From NCBI RefSeq assembly GCF_004010195.1, contig NC_057759.1, positions 6,388,368 through 6,450,367 on the forward strand: a DNA stretch of 62,000 nt, given 5' to 3'. Below, piece by piece: positions 1 through 12,368 of the stretch (the first letter of the stretch is position 1; every line of letters begins with the position of its first letter). The translations under genes and the position numbers were made by a program. Origin of the DNA: Chiloscyllium plagiosum (Eukaryota). The notes beneath the pieces were generated by a model. It searched no databases and had not been told where the DNA came from. It saw only the letters and a list, made by a program, of their open reading frames with translations.

Positions 1-368
1 GTAGAGGGCGGCTGAGAGTCATGTGACTTACACATCGTTAATACACCTTGAAAGGACAAGGGACCAAGATGCCGGTGCCAGAAGGCAGGAAAATAATGGC
101 TCGTCCATCTTCCAGAACATTCGGAGGAGTGAGTCACAGAACTCTGCTGCCCCTGCTGGTGAAAGAGAGAAGTTCCTTCTGGTGGCAGGCATGATGACTT
201 CATTTGTCATCTTCCAACTGAAGAAAGAACAGACTAAATTAACACAGGAACTTCACATCGAAGAAATGGTTTCGAGTTTCTCTCTAACTCTGGAGCACGA
301 TTGATTCCAAATTCTGTAAACGAATCCCGAAACTTTAGGAGCTTCGAAGACAGGAGGCCTTCTATCCA

Positions 369-575
369 AGTGACTCAGTGGTTAGCACTGCTGCCTCACA
401 GCACCAGGGTCCCAGATTTGATTCCAGACTTGGGCGACTGTGTGGAGTTTCACATTCTCCCCGTGCAGAGGGTTTCCTCCAGGTGCTCCGGTTTACTCCC
501 ACAGTCCAAAGATGTATAGGTCAGGTGTATTGGCCATGCTAAATTGCCCACAGTGTTAGGTGCATCAGTCTGAGG
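369..575 (+). mobile_element. HE1-type V-SINE (tRNA-derived, elasmobranch), diverged
   Basis: tRNA-like head (GTGACTCAGTGGTTAGCACTGCTGCCTCACAGC) followed by V-domain TTCTCCCCGTG...GGGTTTCCTCC...CCCACAGTCCAAAGATGT; homologous to the full copy at 45417-45739. Confidence 0.85.
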
Positions 576-579
576 GAAA

Positions 580-930
580 TGAGTCCCTTTTAAATCTTTC
601 CCCTCTCACCCTAAATCTATGCCTTGCTCCCACCCCAGGCCAAACACCATGTCTATTTCCAGTTTCAATGCCCCTTGTGATTTTTTAAAAAATCCTCTAA
701 TTTCATCCATGTCTCCGACGCTTCAATGAAAACACCCCCAGCCTATTCAGCCTCTCCCTATAGCTCAAAGCCTCCAACCCTGGCAACGTCTTTGTAAATC
801 TTTTCTCAGCCTTTTCAAGCTACACAACATCCTTTCCTCGTGGGGACAACAGAATTGCAATCAATGTTCTCGAAATAGCTGAACCAATGTCCTGTACAGA
901 CTCAGCATGATATCCCAACTCCTATCCTCA
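580..930 (-). mobile_element. CR1 LINE 3' ORF2 fragment
   Basis: Reverse complement resembles the CR1 C-terminal region at 28635-28890. Confidence 0.7.
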
Positions 931-2035
931 GTCTGCAGCTGGAAGAGTGCAGCAGGTTAGGCAGCAACAGATGAGCATGAGAGTCCATGTTTCAAGCATA
1001 AGCACTTCATCAGGAACTACATTCCCGTTGAAGGGCTTATGCCCACAATGGGAAAAGGAGCCATTCAAACAGTCAGGAACAAAGCAGAGATTGAGGTAAG
1101 ACTGATAAATTAAACTGCATTTGCTTCAGTGCAAGAGGCCTAACAGGTAAGGTAGATGAACTCCAGGCACACGTGACTTGTATAAAACTTCCATCTTTCA
1201 TAATGGAATATGCTGACTTCTGTTTTTGATATGTAAATTCCAGAAATTCTTTTAAATTACATTCTCAAGCTAAATTACATTCTCAGGTGTGTAGTCTGTC
1301 TGTGGTCCCAATGCTATGTCAGACTTACAAATGCTGTCTATAGTTTTGCAGCATTTTACATGGCTTCATACAGTTTTTGAGCAAAATAACACACAATTCT
1401 GCAAGCTATGTCAGACTGACAAACCCTTGGTATAGTTTTGCAGAGTTTGACATCGCTTCATGCAGTTTCTCAGCAAAATAAAATGTAATTCTTCAAAAAA
1501 AATGTTCTCCTGGTTTTATAACTTTGTGCACACTAGTCTAACACGGGCACCTCCAAGTCATTCTGCACTCTCACTATGATACCCCTAATCCTGGCTCAGG
1601 GAGGCAACACTCCATTCTGATTTCTCGCTGTCAGCCATGGAAACGTCTGTGTGGGCCTCTCACGAGAGAGTCCCCCATCATAATCGATCGCTTGGAAGCT
1701 TACTGATCCCTTGCCACATTACAGCCAGTCTCAATATACGAAACTTAGCTGTCTGTGCTACATTTCCCCTGAGAGTCCATCACCCCCTCTATTTTCTAGG
1801 TGTGCCATCTTGTTCAGAATCTGTCACAGAATTTGAATCCTGTGTGGGCAGGCTTGTTCCAAAATCAAGAGTTTACTGAATACCGCTGTGATTTCAAAAT
1901 GTTTGTTGTTTGACAATAAAGTAAAACAATCTGTGTTCAAATCAACAAAGTTATTGGATGGAACTTTGCATGTTTGTTGGTTTCATTGTATTTACACTGG
2001 ACTCAAGATAAATGAGAAAGTATCAGATAGGCAGC

Positions 2036-3238
2036 ATCATAACCATGATAGGACTGAAATTATAAAATAACATTCATTTTTCAGTGAATAGGGAAAGCAA
2101 ATGGGGATGTAGCTCAATGTATGCATGTGGAAAGTCACTAATATAATGTGGGTAATGACTTCTAAAGGGTCATACCAGTTTTGGAAATGCAAAGGAATTG
2201 ATCCCAGGTCAATTTTAGCTTTGTAGTGAAGACTTACAATAATCTGATGCTTTAACCTCATTCCTAATGGAGGGCTTATGCCCAAAACGTCGACTCTCCT
2301 GCTCCTCGGATGCTGCCTGACCAGCTGCACTTTTCCACCTCAGGTCGAACAAACAGATTAGTTTCCTGTTATTTGTTCTGTTTTTTAGAGTCACCTTATG
2401 ACATCTTCTCAATTTTCTTTCTGAGCTGTCTGTGCTGTGTCAATTTTAAAAATGATGACAGTCTTGATCTGATGCCATTTGGAAATCTAAATATTCTTAT
2501 CCTGACTGTGTGAGTGTCTGCCTGTATCTCTCCCATCTTTAAGAGCACTTAAAAATCTTCTCATGCATCATTTTTGGGTTGGTTCATGGTAGCTACATTG
2601 TGCCCTATTTTTGCCCATCTCCTGCCTGCTTTTCTCTGTATATAAATCACCTCACCCTGCCCCAACCAAGCCAATGCGATTTCAGTCTGTAAGTCACTCC
2701 CAGTTATCTGTTATTCTATATGCAAACCTCCTGTTCGCCTTGACTGGACTCACTCCTGAATATCTCTTATTCTTTATATAGACCGCTCTATTGACTTGAT
2801 AAGATCCCAGATGATAACTCACTCCTCAGTATATATTATTCCATGTATAAACCATCCTGAAAGCCTCGATCGGATTTAAATCTTACATTCAATCATATGT
2901 TCACAACAGGAAACTAATCTGTTTGTTCGACCTGAGGTGGAAAAGCACAGCTGGTCAGGCAGCATCCGAAGAGCGGGAGAGTCGACATTTTTGGCATAAG
3001 CCCTCCATTAGGAATGAGGTTAAAGCATCAGATTATTGTAAGTCTGCACTACAAAGCTAAAATTGACCTGGGATCAATTCCTTTGATTTCCAAAACTGGT
3101 ATGACCCTTTAGAAGTCATTACCCACATTATATTAGTGACTTTCCACATGCATACATTGAGCTACATCCCCATTTGCTTTCCCTATTCACTGAAAAATGA
3201 ATGTTATTTTATAATTTCAGTCCCATCATGGTTATGAT
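2036..3238. repeat. Inverted duplication: ~335-bp arms 2036-2370 and 2905-3238, 534-bp spacer
   Basis: Arms are near-perfect reverse complements (ATCATAACCATGATAGGACTG...GTTTCCTGTT vs AACAGGAAAC...CAGTCCCATCATGGTTATGAT). Confidence 0.95.
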
Positions 3239-3710
3239 CACACTACCATACTTCAAGAGCATTTCCGAACTGACAGCCAGACTACTGCGACCACTAGGAC
3301 TCATAACAGCACACAAACCAACAGCCACTTTCAGACAACAACTCACCAGAACGAAGGACCAGATACCCAGCATGAGTAAAACCAATGTAGTGTACAAAAT
3401 CCCATGCAAGGACTGCACAAAACACTACATAGGACAAACAGGAAGACAGCTAACGATCTGCATCCATGAACACCAACTCGCCACAAAATGACACGACCAG
3501 CTATCCTTAGTAGCCACACACGCAGATGACAAGCAACATGAATTCAACTGGGACAACACTACTATTATAGGACGAGCCAAACAGAGAACAGCCAGGGAAT
3601 TCCTAGAGGTATGGCACTCATCCACACATTCAATCAATAAGCACATCGACCTGGACCCAATATACCGACCACAGCAACGGACATCTGGAACTGAAAACTG
3701 GAAGCGGAAG
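3237..3710 (+). mobile_element. Penelope-like element 3' fragment (GIY-YIG endonuclease)
   Basis: Translation LPYFKSISE...NVVYKIPCKDCTKHYIGQTGRQLTICIHEH is the PLE GIY-YIG motif; in-frame stop at 3489-3491. Confidence 0.9.
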
Positions 3711-3904
3711 TGTAACATGATACCCAAACCCCTGTCGCCAGTGCTCTGACCAATGAAGGCAACCAAGTCAAACGCTTGCTTCACCACAATGTCAAGCTGC
3801 AAAGCCACATTTAAGGAACTGTCTTCCTGCATCCCCTAGGTCTGCTTGTTCGGAAACACTCCCCAGACGATAGCATCAATATAGATGTATCTAGACAGAT
3901 GCAT

Positions 3905-4380
3905 GAATGGGCCTCTCAAGATTCTGTAAGTTTCAATCAGATTCTCTCTCATCTTTCTAAACTCCATCGAGTTAAGAACCAGAGTCCTCAACCTCTCCTC
4001 ATATGACAAGTGTTTAATCCCTGGGATCTTTCTTGTAAACCCCCTCTGGACCCCCTCCAAATTCAGCCCATCCTTCCTGAGATTGGGGGCCCAAAACTAC
4101 TCACAATGTCCCAAATGTGGTCTGACCAGAGCCTTATACAGCCTCAGCACTACATCCCTGCTCTTGTATTCTAACCCTCTCGAAGTGAATGCTGGCATGA
4201 CATTTGCCTTCCTAACCGCCAACTGAACCTGCCTGTTAACCTGAAGAGAATCCTGAACTTGGACTCCCAACTCCCTTTGTGCTTCAGATTTCCGAAACCT
4301 TTCCCCATTTAGGAAACAGTCTCCGCCTCTATTCTTCTAATCCCATTGCACACCCTCCCACACTATCATCCATCTGCCAA
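3905..4380 (-). mobile_element. CR1 LINE 3' ORF2 fragment
   Basis: ORF 3836-4060 EGVQRGFTRKIPGIKHLSYEERLRTL is the CR1 RT C-terminus. Confidence 0.8.
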
Positions 4381-4588
4381 CCGAACCTTAATAGGATCCT
4401 GAACTCGGACTCACCCCCGAGGACCTTGTTTGTGCTTCAGGCCTGGCAGCATCTGTCCAGAGACAGACAGTGAGAAAGCGGAGTCAACGTTTCGAGTCCG
4501 GGGCAGCCGTCCTTCGGGAGAGTGGCCTTTGGTCTTGATGTGCCGCCGCACAATTTCTTATTCACTCCCACCTCTCTGTCTGTGTGTG

Positions 4589-4808
4589 TATTTGTCATTA
4601 TCATTGAGTTTGGCGAGTCCCGGAGCCGGCCCTGTTGTTTCTCTCTCCTGAAAGGGTTGTCCCTTTAAAGAGCCTTTCCCCTGAAGCAGCTGCTAACGGT
4701 CACTTGGGGCACGAGGCGGCCGTTAACCGCCATCTCGCGCGGGGCCTGAAGCTAAAATGGCGCCGGGGCCACGCGGGAAGGAAAAGCGCCGAGGGAGAGC
4801 GGACTGTG
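4589..4808. promoter_or_regulatory. CpG-island promoter-like segment, copy 1, with two opposed YY1-type motifs
   Basis: GC/CpG-rich in a CpG-poor background; CGCCATCT 4728-4735 and AAAATGGCG 4754-4762; near-identical to 57332-57550. Confidence 0.55.
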
Positions 4809-5394
4809 CTGATTTTTTTGACGATAGATGACTCCAAACCAGATAGCAGTTTGGCATACCATGTTTTAACCATCTCAAAACCAAGAAACGCTGGTAAAGG
4901 ATACAGTATATATACTTTTAAAACATTTCTGGTTCAGTGAAAGTGGAGATTTTCTTTAGTTTACCTTAACTCGCAAAAATCCAGCCACTTTTAAACATCG
5001 CTAGTGTTTCCCTTGCTTATAGCATAAAGCGTAGACCTACCCAAGCTTTTTGAATCTTTTTACATCATTTGAATTTATTAATAATCAATAGTGTTTGTAA
5101 TAATCTAAATCACAGATATGCTCCATCTTTGTCAACTAAATTACCAACAGGGTAATGTGAATTGGAAGAGGGAAAGTTACACTGATGGCTAATTGCTTTA
5201 TCTTTCATCTTGTTTTGAGGGGATGCCTAAATTTTAGGCCCTGGGACATCAATCTGTTTGCCCCAGTACAACAGCTTAATGTCTGAGAGTGGCCCCTTCT
5301 GGCCTTGGTCTTTGGGGCAAGGAGCCATTTGCTTTGGGTCTAGCATCATGCACATGAGGAGCATTACCATTTCATTGTCATGAGTGTTTTTTTG

Positions 5395-6235
5395 ATGATA
5401 CAAAGATAGGTGGAAGGACAGGTAGTGAAGAGGCTGCAGAAGGGTTTGGACAGGGTAGAAGAGTGGGCAACGGAATGGCAGATAAAATACAATGTGGGAA
5501 AGTGGGAAGTTATGTACTTTAGTAAGAAGAATAGAGAACAAGACTGTTTTCTGAATGGGGAAAAGTTTCGGAAATCTGAAGCACAAAGGGACTTGAGAGT
5601 CCAAGCTCAGGATTCTCTTCACGTTAACAGGCAGGTTCAGATGGCAGTTAGGAAGGCAAATGTAATGTTAGCATTAATTTTGAGAGGGTTAGAATACAAG
5701 AGCAGGATGTACTGCTGAGGCTGTATAAGGCTCCACATTTGGAACATTGGGAGCAGTTTTGGGCCCCCTATCTTGGGAAGGATGGGCTGAAAGTCAAGGG
5801 TGTCCAGAGAGGTTTTACAAGTTGAAGAACTTTTTGTGTGAGGAGAGGTTGAGGACTCTTGAATCTCAACTCGATGGAGTTTAGAAGAATGAGGGAGAAT
5901 CTGATTGAAAGTTGGAGAATACTGAGAGGCCCAGACAGAGTGGACATGTAGAAGATGCTTCCATGAGTAGGAGAGACGAGGACCCAAAGGCACAGCCTCA
6001 GAGTGAAGCGAACTCCCTTTAGAACTGAGATGAGGATGAATTTCTTCAGCCAGACAGTGGGGAATCGATGGAACTCATTACTGCAGACAGCTGTCATTAA
6101 TAGATGGGTCCTTGATCAGTAGGAGGATCGACCGTGTCAGAAATAATGCAGGAGAATGGGGTTAAGAAAAATATCAGCTATGACAGAATGGCGGAGCAAT
6201 CTTGATGGGCCAAATGGTTGCTATATCTTATGGTG
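5395..6235 (+). mobile_element. CR1 LINE 3' fragment
   Basis: LQKGLDRVEEWATEWQIKYNVGKWEVMYF...RDLRV CR1 RT motifs; paralogous to 61445-62000. Confidence 0.85.
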
Positions 6236-9200
6236 TTGGTTACTAAGTGACTAATAAACTGTGATGCATCGCACAGTTTTGGCACTCAGATTCAGAGCTT
6301 TCTTAGCATATGCTATTAGTCACTCACACTAAAATGTGTTCAAACAACTGGATGACTAACACAACATAGGAGCCCTCAGGAGCCTGCTTCCCCCATTCTA
6401 TATGGATGTGGCCGATCTCATCTCAGCCTCGACTCCAATTTCCTGCCACCGCTCCCTTTAACCTCTCACTGATGAACAAACTGTCTGGCCCCTCCTTCAA
6501 TTTATTCAATGTCTCGACATGTCCCCACACACTGGAGGGTCAATTCCCATAGATTCCCATCCCCTCTCCCTTGGAGAGAAGCGATTCCTCACCATCACTG
6601 TTTTCAATCTGTCCCTTCTCCTGAAAAAATGACCCTCTCGTTCTAAATCGTCCCAAATGAGGAAACATCCTCTCTCCGTCACCTTTGTCAATCCTACCCC
6701 CTTTAGCCTCCTACATCCCTCAGTTAGATCTCTGTTCATTCCTACTCCAGAGAGTATTGGCCGAAACTGCTGTATCTCTCTTTCGATGAGAAACCCCTCA
6801 TCTCTGAACATGAAATGTACAAAAGTACGTTACTTTTAGATGATATCTTGGATGTAGACTACAAATCTCAAAGTGAGTTAGTCAGAGAGGTCTACAGCAC
6901 CGAAAAAGGACCATCGGCCCATCAAGTCTGTGCTGGTCAGAAACAACCAACCCACTATTCTCTAATCCCATTTCCCCCATACTTGGCCCATAGCCTTGGC
7001 GTCCGAGTGCACATCTAAATCTTCCTTCAATGTGGTGAGTATTTCTGCTTCTCCCACCCTTACAGGCAATGAGTTCCAGATTCCCCACCACCCTTCATGT
7101 ATTGCTGGATTCATCGGATTGCATCTGGGAAAATTAACAAATTCACAACTAATCTTGGAGGAACCTGTTTGGGAGAGTACACAGCATAGAAACAGCTAAG
7201 TGGATATTTTAAGCGTGGCCTTACAGTAAGTCTTTAGTAGCGAGTAGAGTCCATTCTTTCTTGATTATATGTTTTATTGAGATATGGTTCTTGATTAATA
7301 CTTATGGCCTATATTTTAAATTTAATTTAACCTGGAACAGTGTTTTGCAGAGGAATAAGACACTGCTATTTTCTGGGTCTATAGATTGAAGCAAAAATGG
7401 CCTTTTGTAGACTGATATGCTCTTCTTGTCTGATGTGGGTGTTCAGGGAGAGTTTACGGGCCACTGAGAATTATATCTGCAATAAATGCTGTTGGTTGCG
7501 AGTCCTATTAGACTGAATGGATTGGTTGGAGAGATAGTTAGAGGCAATGAGGATATACAAGGGGATGTGATGAATGGCAGTTATAAGAAGAGGGAAATGA
7601 TGCAGATACAGTCACAGAGATGGATTAACTCCAGGAAAGGTAAGAGTGGTAGGCAGTCAGTGCAGGAGTCTTCTGTGGCTATCCCCATTTCAAACAAGTA
7701 CGCTGTTTTGGAAAATGTAGGGGGTGATGGATTCTCAGGGGAACAGCCAAATTTCTGGTATTGAGACTGGCTCTAATGCAATGAGGGGTATGTTGGATTC
7801 CAAGATATCGACTGTGTTAGGGGACTTTCTGGTCTAAGGTACAGACAGACATTTCTGTGGGCAGCAGCAACAAATCAGAATAATGTGTTGCTTTCCTGAT
7901 GCCAGGATCAAGGATGTCTCCGAGATGGTGCAGAATGTTCTCAAGGGGGAGAGGGGCCAGCAGGAGATCATTGTACATGTTGGAACCAAAGACATGGGAA
8001 GGGAAAAGGTTGAGATTCTGAAGGGAGATTACAGAGAGTTAGGCAGGAATTTTAAAAGGTCCTTGAGAGTAATAATATCTGGATTGCTCCCAATGCTATG
8101 AGATGGTGAGTGCAGGAATAGATGAATGCAAGGCTGAGGAGCTGGTGTGTTGGAGAAGAATTCACATTTGTGGATCATTGGAAACTCTTTTGGGGTAGAC
8201 GTGACCAGTACAAGAATGACAGATTGTACTTAAATTGGAAGGGGATGAATATACTGGCAGGGAGATTTGCTGGAAATGCTCAGGAGGATGTAAGCTAGTA
8301 AGGTAGAGGGTTGGGACCCAGGGAGATTGTGAGGAAAGAGATCAACCTGAGACTGGTTCAGTTGAGAACAGAAGCAAGTCAAACAGTCAGGGCAGGCAGG
8401 GACAAAGCAGAGAATAAGGTAGAACTGATTAATTAAACTGCATTTACTTCAATGCAAGCGGCCTAACAGGGAAGGCAGGTGAACTCGGCATGGTTAGGAA
8501 CATGGGACAGACATATCAAAGCAATTACAGAAAATGGCTCAGAGATGGACAGGAATGGCAGCTTAATGTTCCAGCAAACAAACTCCACAGGAAGGACAGA
8601 AAGGTAGGCGAGAGAGGAGGGGGAGTGGTGTTTTTGATAAGGGATAGCATTACACCTGTACTTAGGGAGAATGTACCCAGAAATACATCCAGGGAAGTTA
8701 TTTGGATGGAACTGAGAAATAAGAAAGGGATGATCACCTTATTGGGATTGTATTATAGACCCCCCCCCTAATAGTCAGAGGGAAATTAAGAAACAAACTT
8801 GTCAGGAGATCTCAGTTATCTGTAAGAATAATAGGGTGGCTATGGTAGGGGATTTTAACTTTCCAGACCTAGATTGGGACTGCCCTAGTGTTAAGAGTTT
8901 AGATAGAGAGGAGTTTGTTAAGTGTTACAAGAAAATTTTCTGAATGAGTATATGGATGTGCCTACTAGAGAAGTTGCAAACCTTGACCTACTCTTGGGAA
9001 ATAAGGCAAAGCAGGTGACTGAGGTGTCAGTGGGGGAGCACTTTGGGGCCAGCGACCATAATTCTATTAGTTTTGAAATAGTGATGGAAAAGGACAGGCC
9101 ACATTTAAAAGTTGAAGTTCTAAATTGAAGGAAGGCCAATTGTGATGGTATTAGGCAAGAACTTTCAAAAGCTGACTAGGGGCAGATGTTCACAGATAAA

Positions 9201-9305
9201 GGGATGGCTGGAAAATGGGAAGACTTCAGAAATGAGATAACGAGAGTGCAGAGAAAGTATATTCCTGTTAGGGTGAAAGAAAAGGCTGGTCGGTACAGGG
9301 AATGC

Positions 9306-11524
9306 TGGATGAACTGAGAAATAAGAAAGGGATGATCTCCTTATTGGGATTGTATTATAGACCCCCTAATAGTCAGAGGGAAATTGAGAAACAAACTTGT
9401 AAGGAGCACTTAGCTATGTGTAAGAATAATAGGGTAGTTATGGTCGGGAATTTTAACTTTCTAAACATCGACTGGGACTGCCATAGTGTTAAGGGTTTAG
9501 ATGGAGTTCAAAATTGGAGAAAGGCCAATTTTGACGGTATTAGACAAGAACTTTCAAAAGCTGATTGGAGGCAGATGTTCACAGGTAAGGGACGGCTAGA
9601 AAATAGGAAGCCTTCAAAAATGAGATAACAATAATCCAGAGAAAATATATTCCTGTCAGGGTGATAGGGAATGCTGGATGACTAAAGAAATTGAGGGTTT
9701 GGTTAAGAAAAAAGAAGCATATATCAGATATAGACAGGATAGATCGAGTGAATCCTTAGAAGACTTTAAAGGAAGTAGGAGTATTTTTAGGAGGGAAATC
9801 AGGAGGACAAAAAGGAGACATGAGATAGCTTTGGCAAATAGAATTAAAGAGAATCCAAAGGGGTTTTACAAATATATTAAGGACAAAAGGGTAACTAGGG
9901 AGAGAATAGGGCCCCACAAAGATCAGCAAGGCGGCCTTTGTGTGGAGCCACAGAAAATGGGGGAGATACTAAATGAATATTTTACATCAGTATTTACTGT
10001 GGAAAAGGATATGGAAGATATAGACTGTAGGGAAATAGATGGTGACATCTTGCAAAACGTCTAGATTACAGAAGAGGAAGTGCTGGATATCTTGAAACAG
10101 TTAAAGGTGGATAATTCCCCAGGACCTGATCAGGTGTATCCGAGAACTCTGCGGAAAGCTAGAGAAGTGATTGCTGGGCCACTTGCTGAGATATTTGTAT
10201 CATTGATAGTCACAGGGGAGGTGCCGGAAGACTAGAGGTTGGCAAAGGTGGTGCCACTGTTTAAGAAGGGCAGTAAAGACAAGCCAGGTAATTATAGACT
10301 GGTGAGCCTGACCTCATTCGTGGGCACGTTGTTGGAGGGAATCCTGAGGGACAGGCTGTACATCTATTTTGAAAGGCAAGGACTGATTAGGGATCGTCAA
10401 CATGGCTTTGTGCATGGGATATCATGTCTCACAAATTGATTGAGTTTTTTGAAGAAGTAACAAAGAAGATTGATGAGGGCAGAGCAGTAGATGTGATCTA
10501 TATGGACTTCAGTAAGGTGTTTGACAAAGTTCCCCATGGGAGACTGATCAGCAAGGTTAGATCTCATGGAATACAGGGAGAACTAGCCATTTGGATACAG
10601 AACTGGCTCAAAGGTAGAAGACAGAGGGTAGTGGTGGAGGGTTGTTTTTCAGACTGGAGCCCTGTGACCTGTGGAGTGCCACAAGGATCGGTGCTGGGCC
10701 CTCTACTTTTTGTCATTTACATAAATGATTTGGATGCGAGCATAAGAGGTACAGTTAGTAAGTTTGCAGATGACACCAAAATTGGAGGTGTAGTGGNNNN
10801 NNNNNNNNNNNNNNNNNNNNNNNNNNNNNNNNNNNNNNNNNNNNNNNNNNNNNNNNNNNNNNNNNNNNNNNNNNNNNNNNNNNNNNNNNNNNNNNNNNNN
10901 NNNNNNNNNNNNNNNNNNNNNNNNNNNNNNNNNNNNNNNNNNNNNNNNNNNNNNNNNNNNNNNNNNNNNNNNNNNNNNNNNNNNNNNNNNNNNNNNNNNN
11001 NNNNNNNNNNNNNNNNNNNNNNNNNNNNNNNNNNNNNNNNNNNNNNNNNNNNNNNNNNNNNNNNNNNNNNNNNNNNNNNNNNNNNNNNNNNNNNNNNNNN
11101 NNNNNNNNNNNNNNNNNNNNNNNNNNNNNNNNNNNNNNNNNNNNNNNNNNNNNNNNNNNNNNNNNNNNNNNNNNNNNNNNNNNNNNNNNNNNNNNNNNNN
11201 NNNNNNNNNNNNNNNNNNNNNNNNNNNNNNNNNNNNNNNNNNNNNNNNNNNNNNNNNNNNNNNNNNNNNNNNNNNNNNNNNNNNNNNNNNNNNNNNNNNN
11301 NNNNNNNNNNNNNNNTGTATGGAATGAGCTGCCAGAGGATGTGGTGGAGGCCGGTACAATTGCAACATTTAAGAGGCATTTGGATGGGTATATGAATAGG
11401 AAGGGTTTGGAGGGATATGGGCCGGGTGCTGGCAGGTGGGACGAGATTGGGTTGGGATATCTGGTCGGCATGGACAGGTTGGACCGAAGGGTCTGTTTCC
11501 ATGCTGTACATCTCTATGACTCTT
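9306..11524 (+). mobile_element. 5'-truncated CR1 LINE (element B) nested in element A; contains RT
   Basis: [42 protein letters not shown]; 3' UTR ending CTCTATGACTCT; gap at 10797-11315. Confidence 0.9.
10797..11315. other. Assembly gap (N run)
   Basis: N run; further gaps at 23370-23385, 31061-31560 and 56619-57331. Confidence 1.
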
Positions 11525-12217
11525 TGACTAAAGAAACAGAAGGAAGCATTGTCAGGTATAGACAGCATAGATCGAGAGAGTATAAAGGCAGTAGGAGTAT
11601 ACTTCAGAGAGAAATCAGGAGGATAAAAAGGCAACATGAGATAGCTTTGGCAAATAGAGTTAAGCAGATACCAAAGGGTTTTTACAAAGACATTAAGGAC
11701 AAAAGGGCTAACTAGGGAGAGAATAGGGCCCCTCAAAGATCAGCAAGGTGGCCTTTGTGTGGAGCCATAGGAGATGGGGGAGATACTAAACGAGTATTTT
11801 GCATCATATTTACTGTGGAAAAGGACATGGAAGATATAGAATGTAGGGAACTAGATGGTGACAACTTGCAAAATGCCCATATTACAAAGATATTACATAC
11901 CTAAATAAACTGGGAGAGGGAGAAACATTATCTTTCTCATACATTCCAAAATTCAAATTCTGTTTTGATGCCACTAAATGTTTGGAATTGTAGATTCTTG
12001 CAGCAAGGAAACAAACCTTTCTGCCTAACTCATGCATGCTGACCAGGTTTACTGATCCAGTCCCATTTGCCAGCATTTACCTCAACCATCTGAACCTTTC
12101 GCATCTAAGTGTCTGTCGAAATGGCTTCTCAAAGTTGGAATTGTATCTATCTCCACCATTTGCTATGGCGGTTCGTATCATACGCACACTGACTGAGTGA
12201 AAATGTTGCCCCTTTGG

Positions 12218-12368
12218 GCCAGGTGAATTGGCCATGCTAAATTGCCCGTAGTGTTAGGTAAGGGGTAAATGTAGGGGTATGGGTGGGTTTCGCTTCGGCG
12301 GGTCGGTGTGGACTTGTTGGGCCGAAGGGCCTGTTTCTACACTGTAATGTAATCTAAAAATCTAAATC
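12218..12368 (+). mobile_element. HE1 SINE 3' half inserted in a minus-strand CR1 fragment
   Basis: Matches reverse complement of 45417-45570, including TGTAATGTAATCTAAA tail. Confidence 0.8.

Larger units (their letters stand above)
7200..11886 (+). mobile_element. Degenerate CR1 LINE (element A): ORF1 with Cys knuckle and esterase-like domain (~7398-8293), ORF2 endonuclease from ~8430; interrupted at 9306-11524 and resuming at 11525
   Basis: ORF1 CCFPDARIKDV...IIVHVGTKD (SGNH-like); ORF2 LNCIYFNA, GLYYRPP, GDFNFP, LDLLLGN, SDHN endonuclease motifs; multiple stops and frameshifts. Confidence 0.9.

Noticed and set aside
4635..4940. 101-aa ORF (and 84-aa twin at 57377-57631) as a gene
   Set aside because: Non-ATG start, no recognisable domain, diverges at the deletion junction; explained by GC-rich sequence
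10424..11736. Long ORFs of 221-339 aa (also 31028-31604, 56546-57340)
   Set aside because: Artefacts of translating through N gaps
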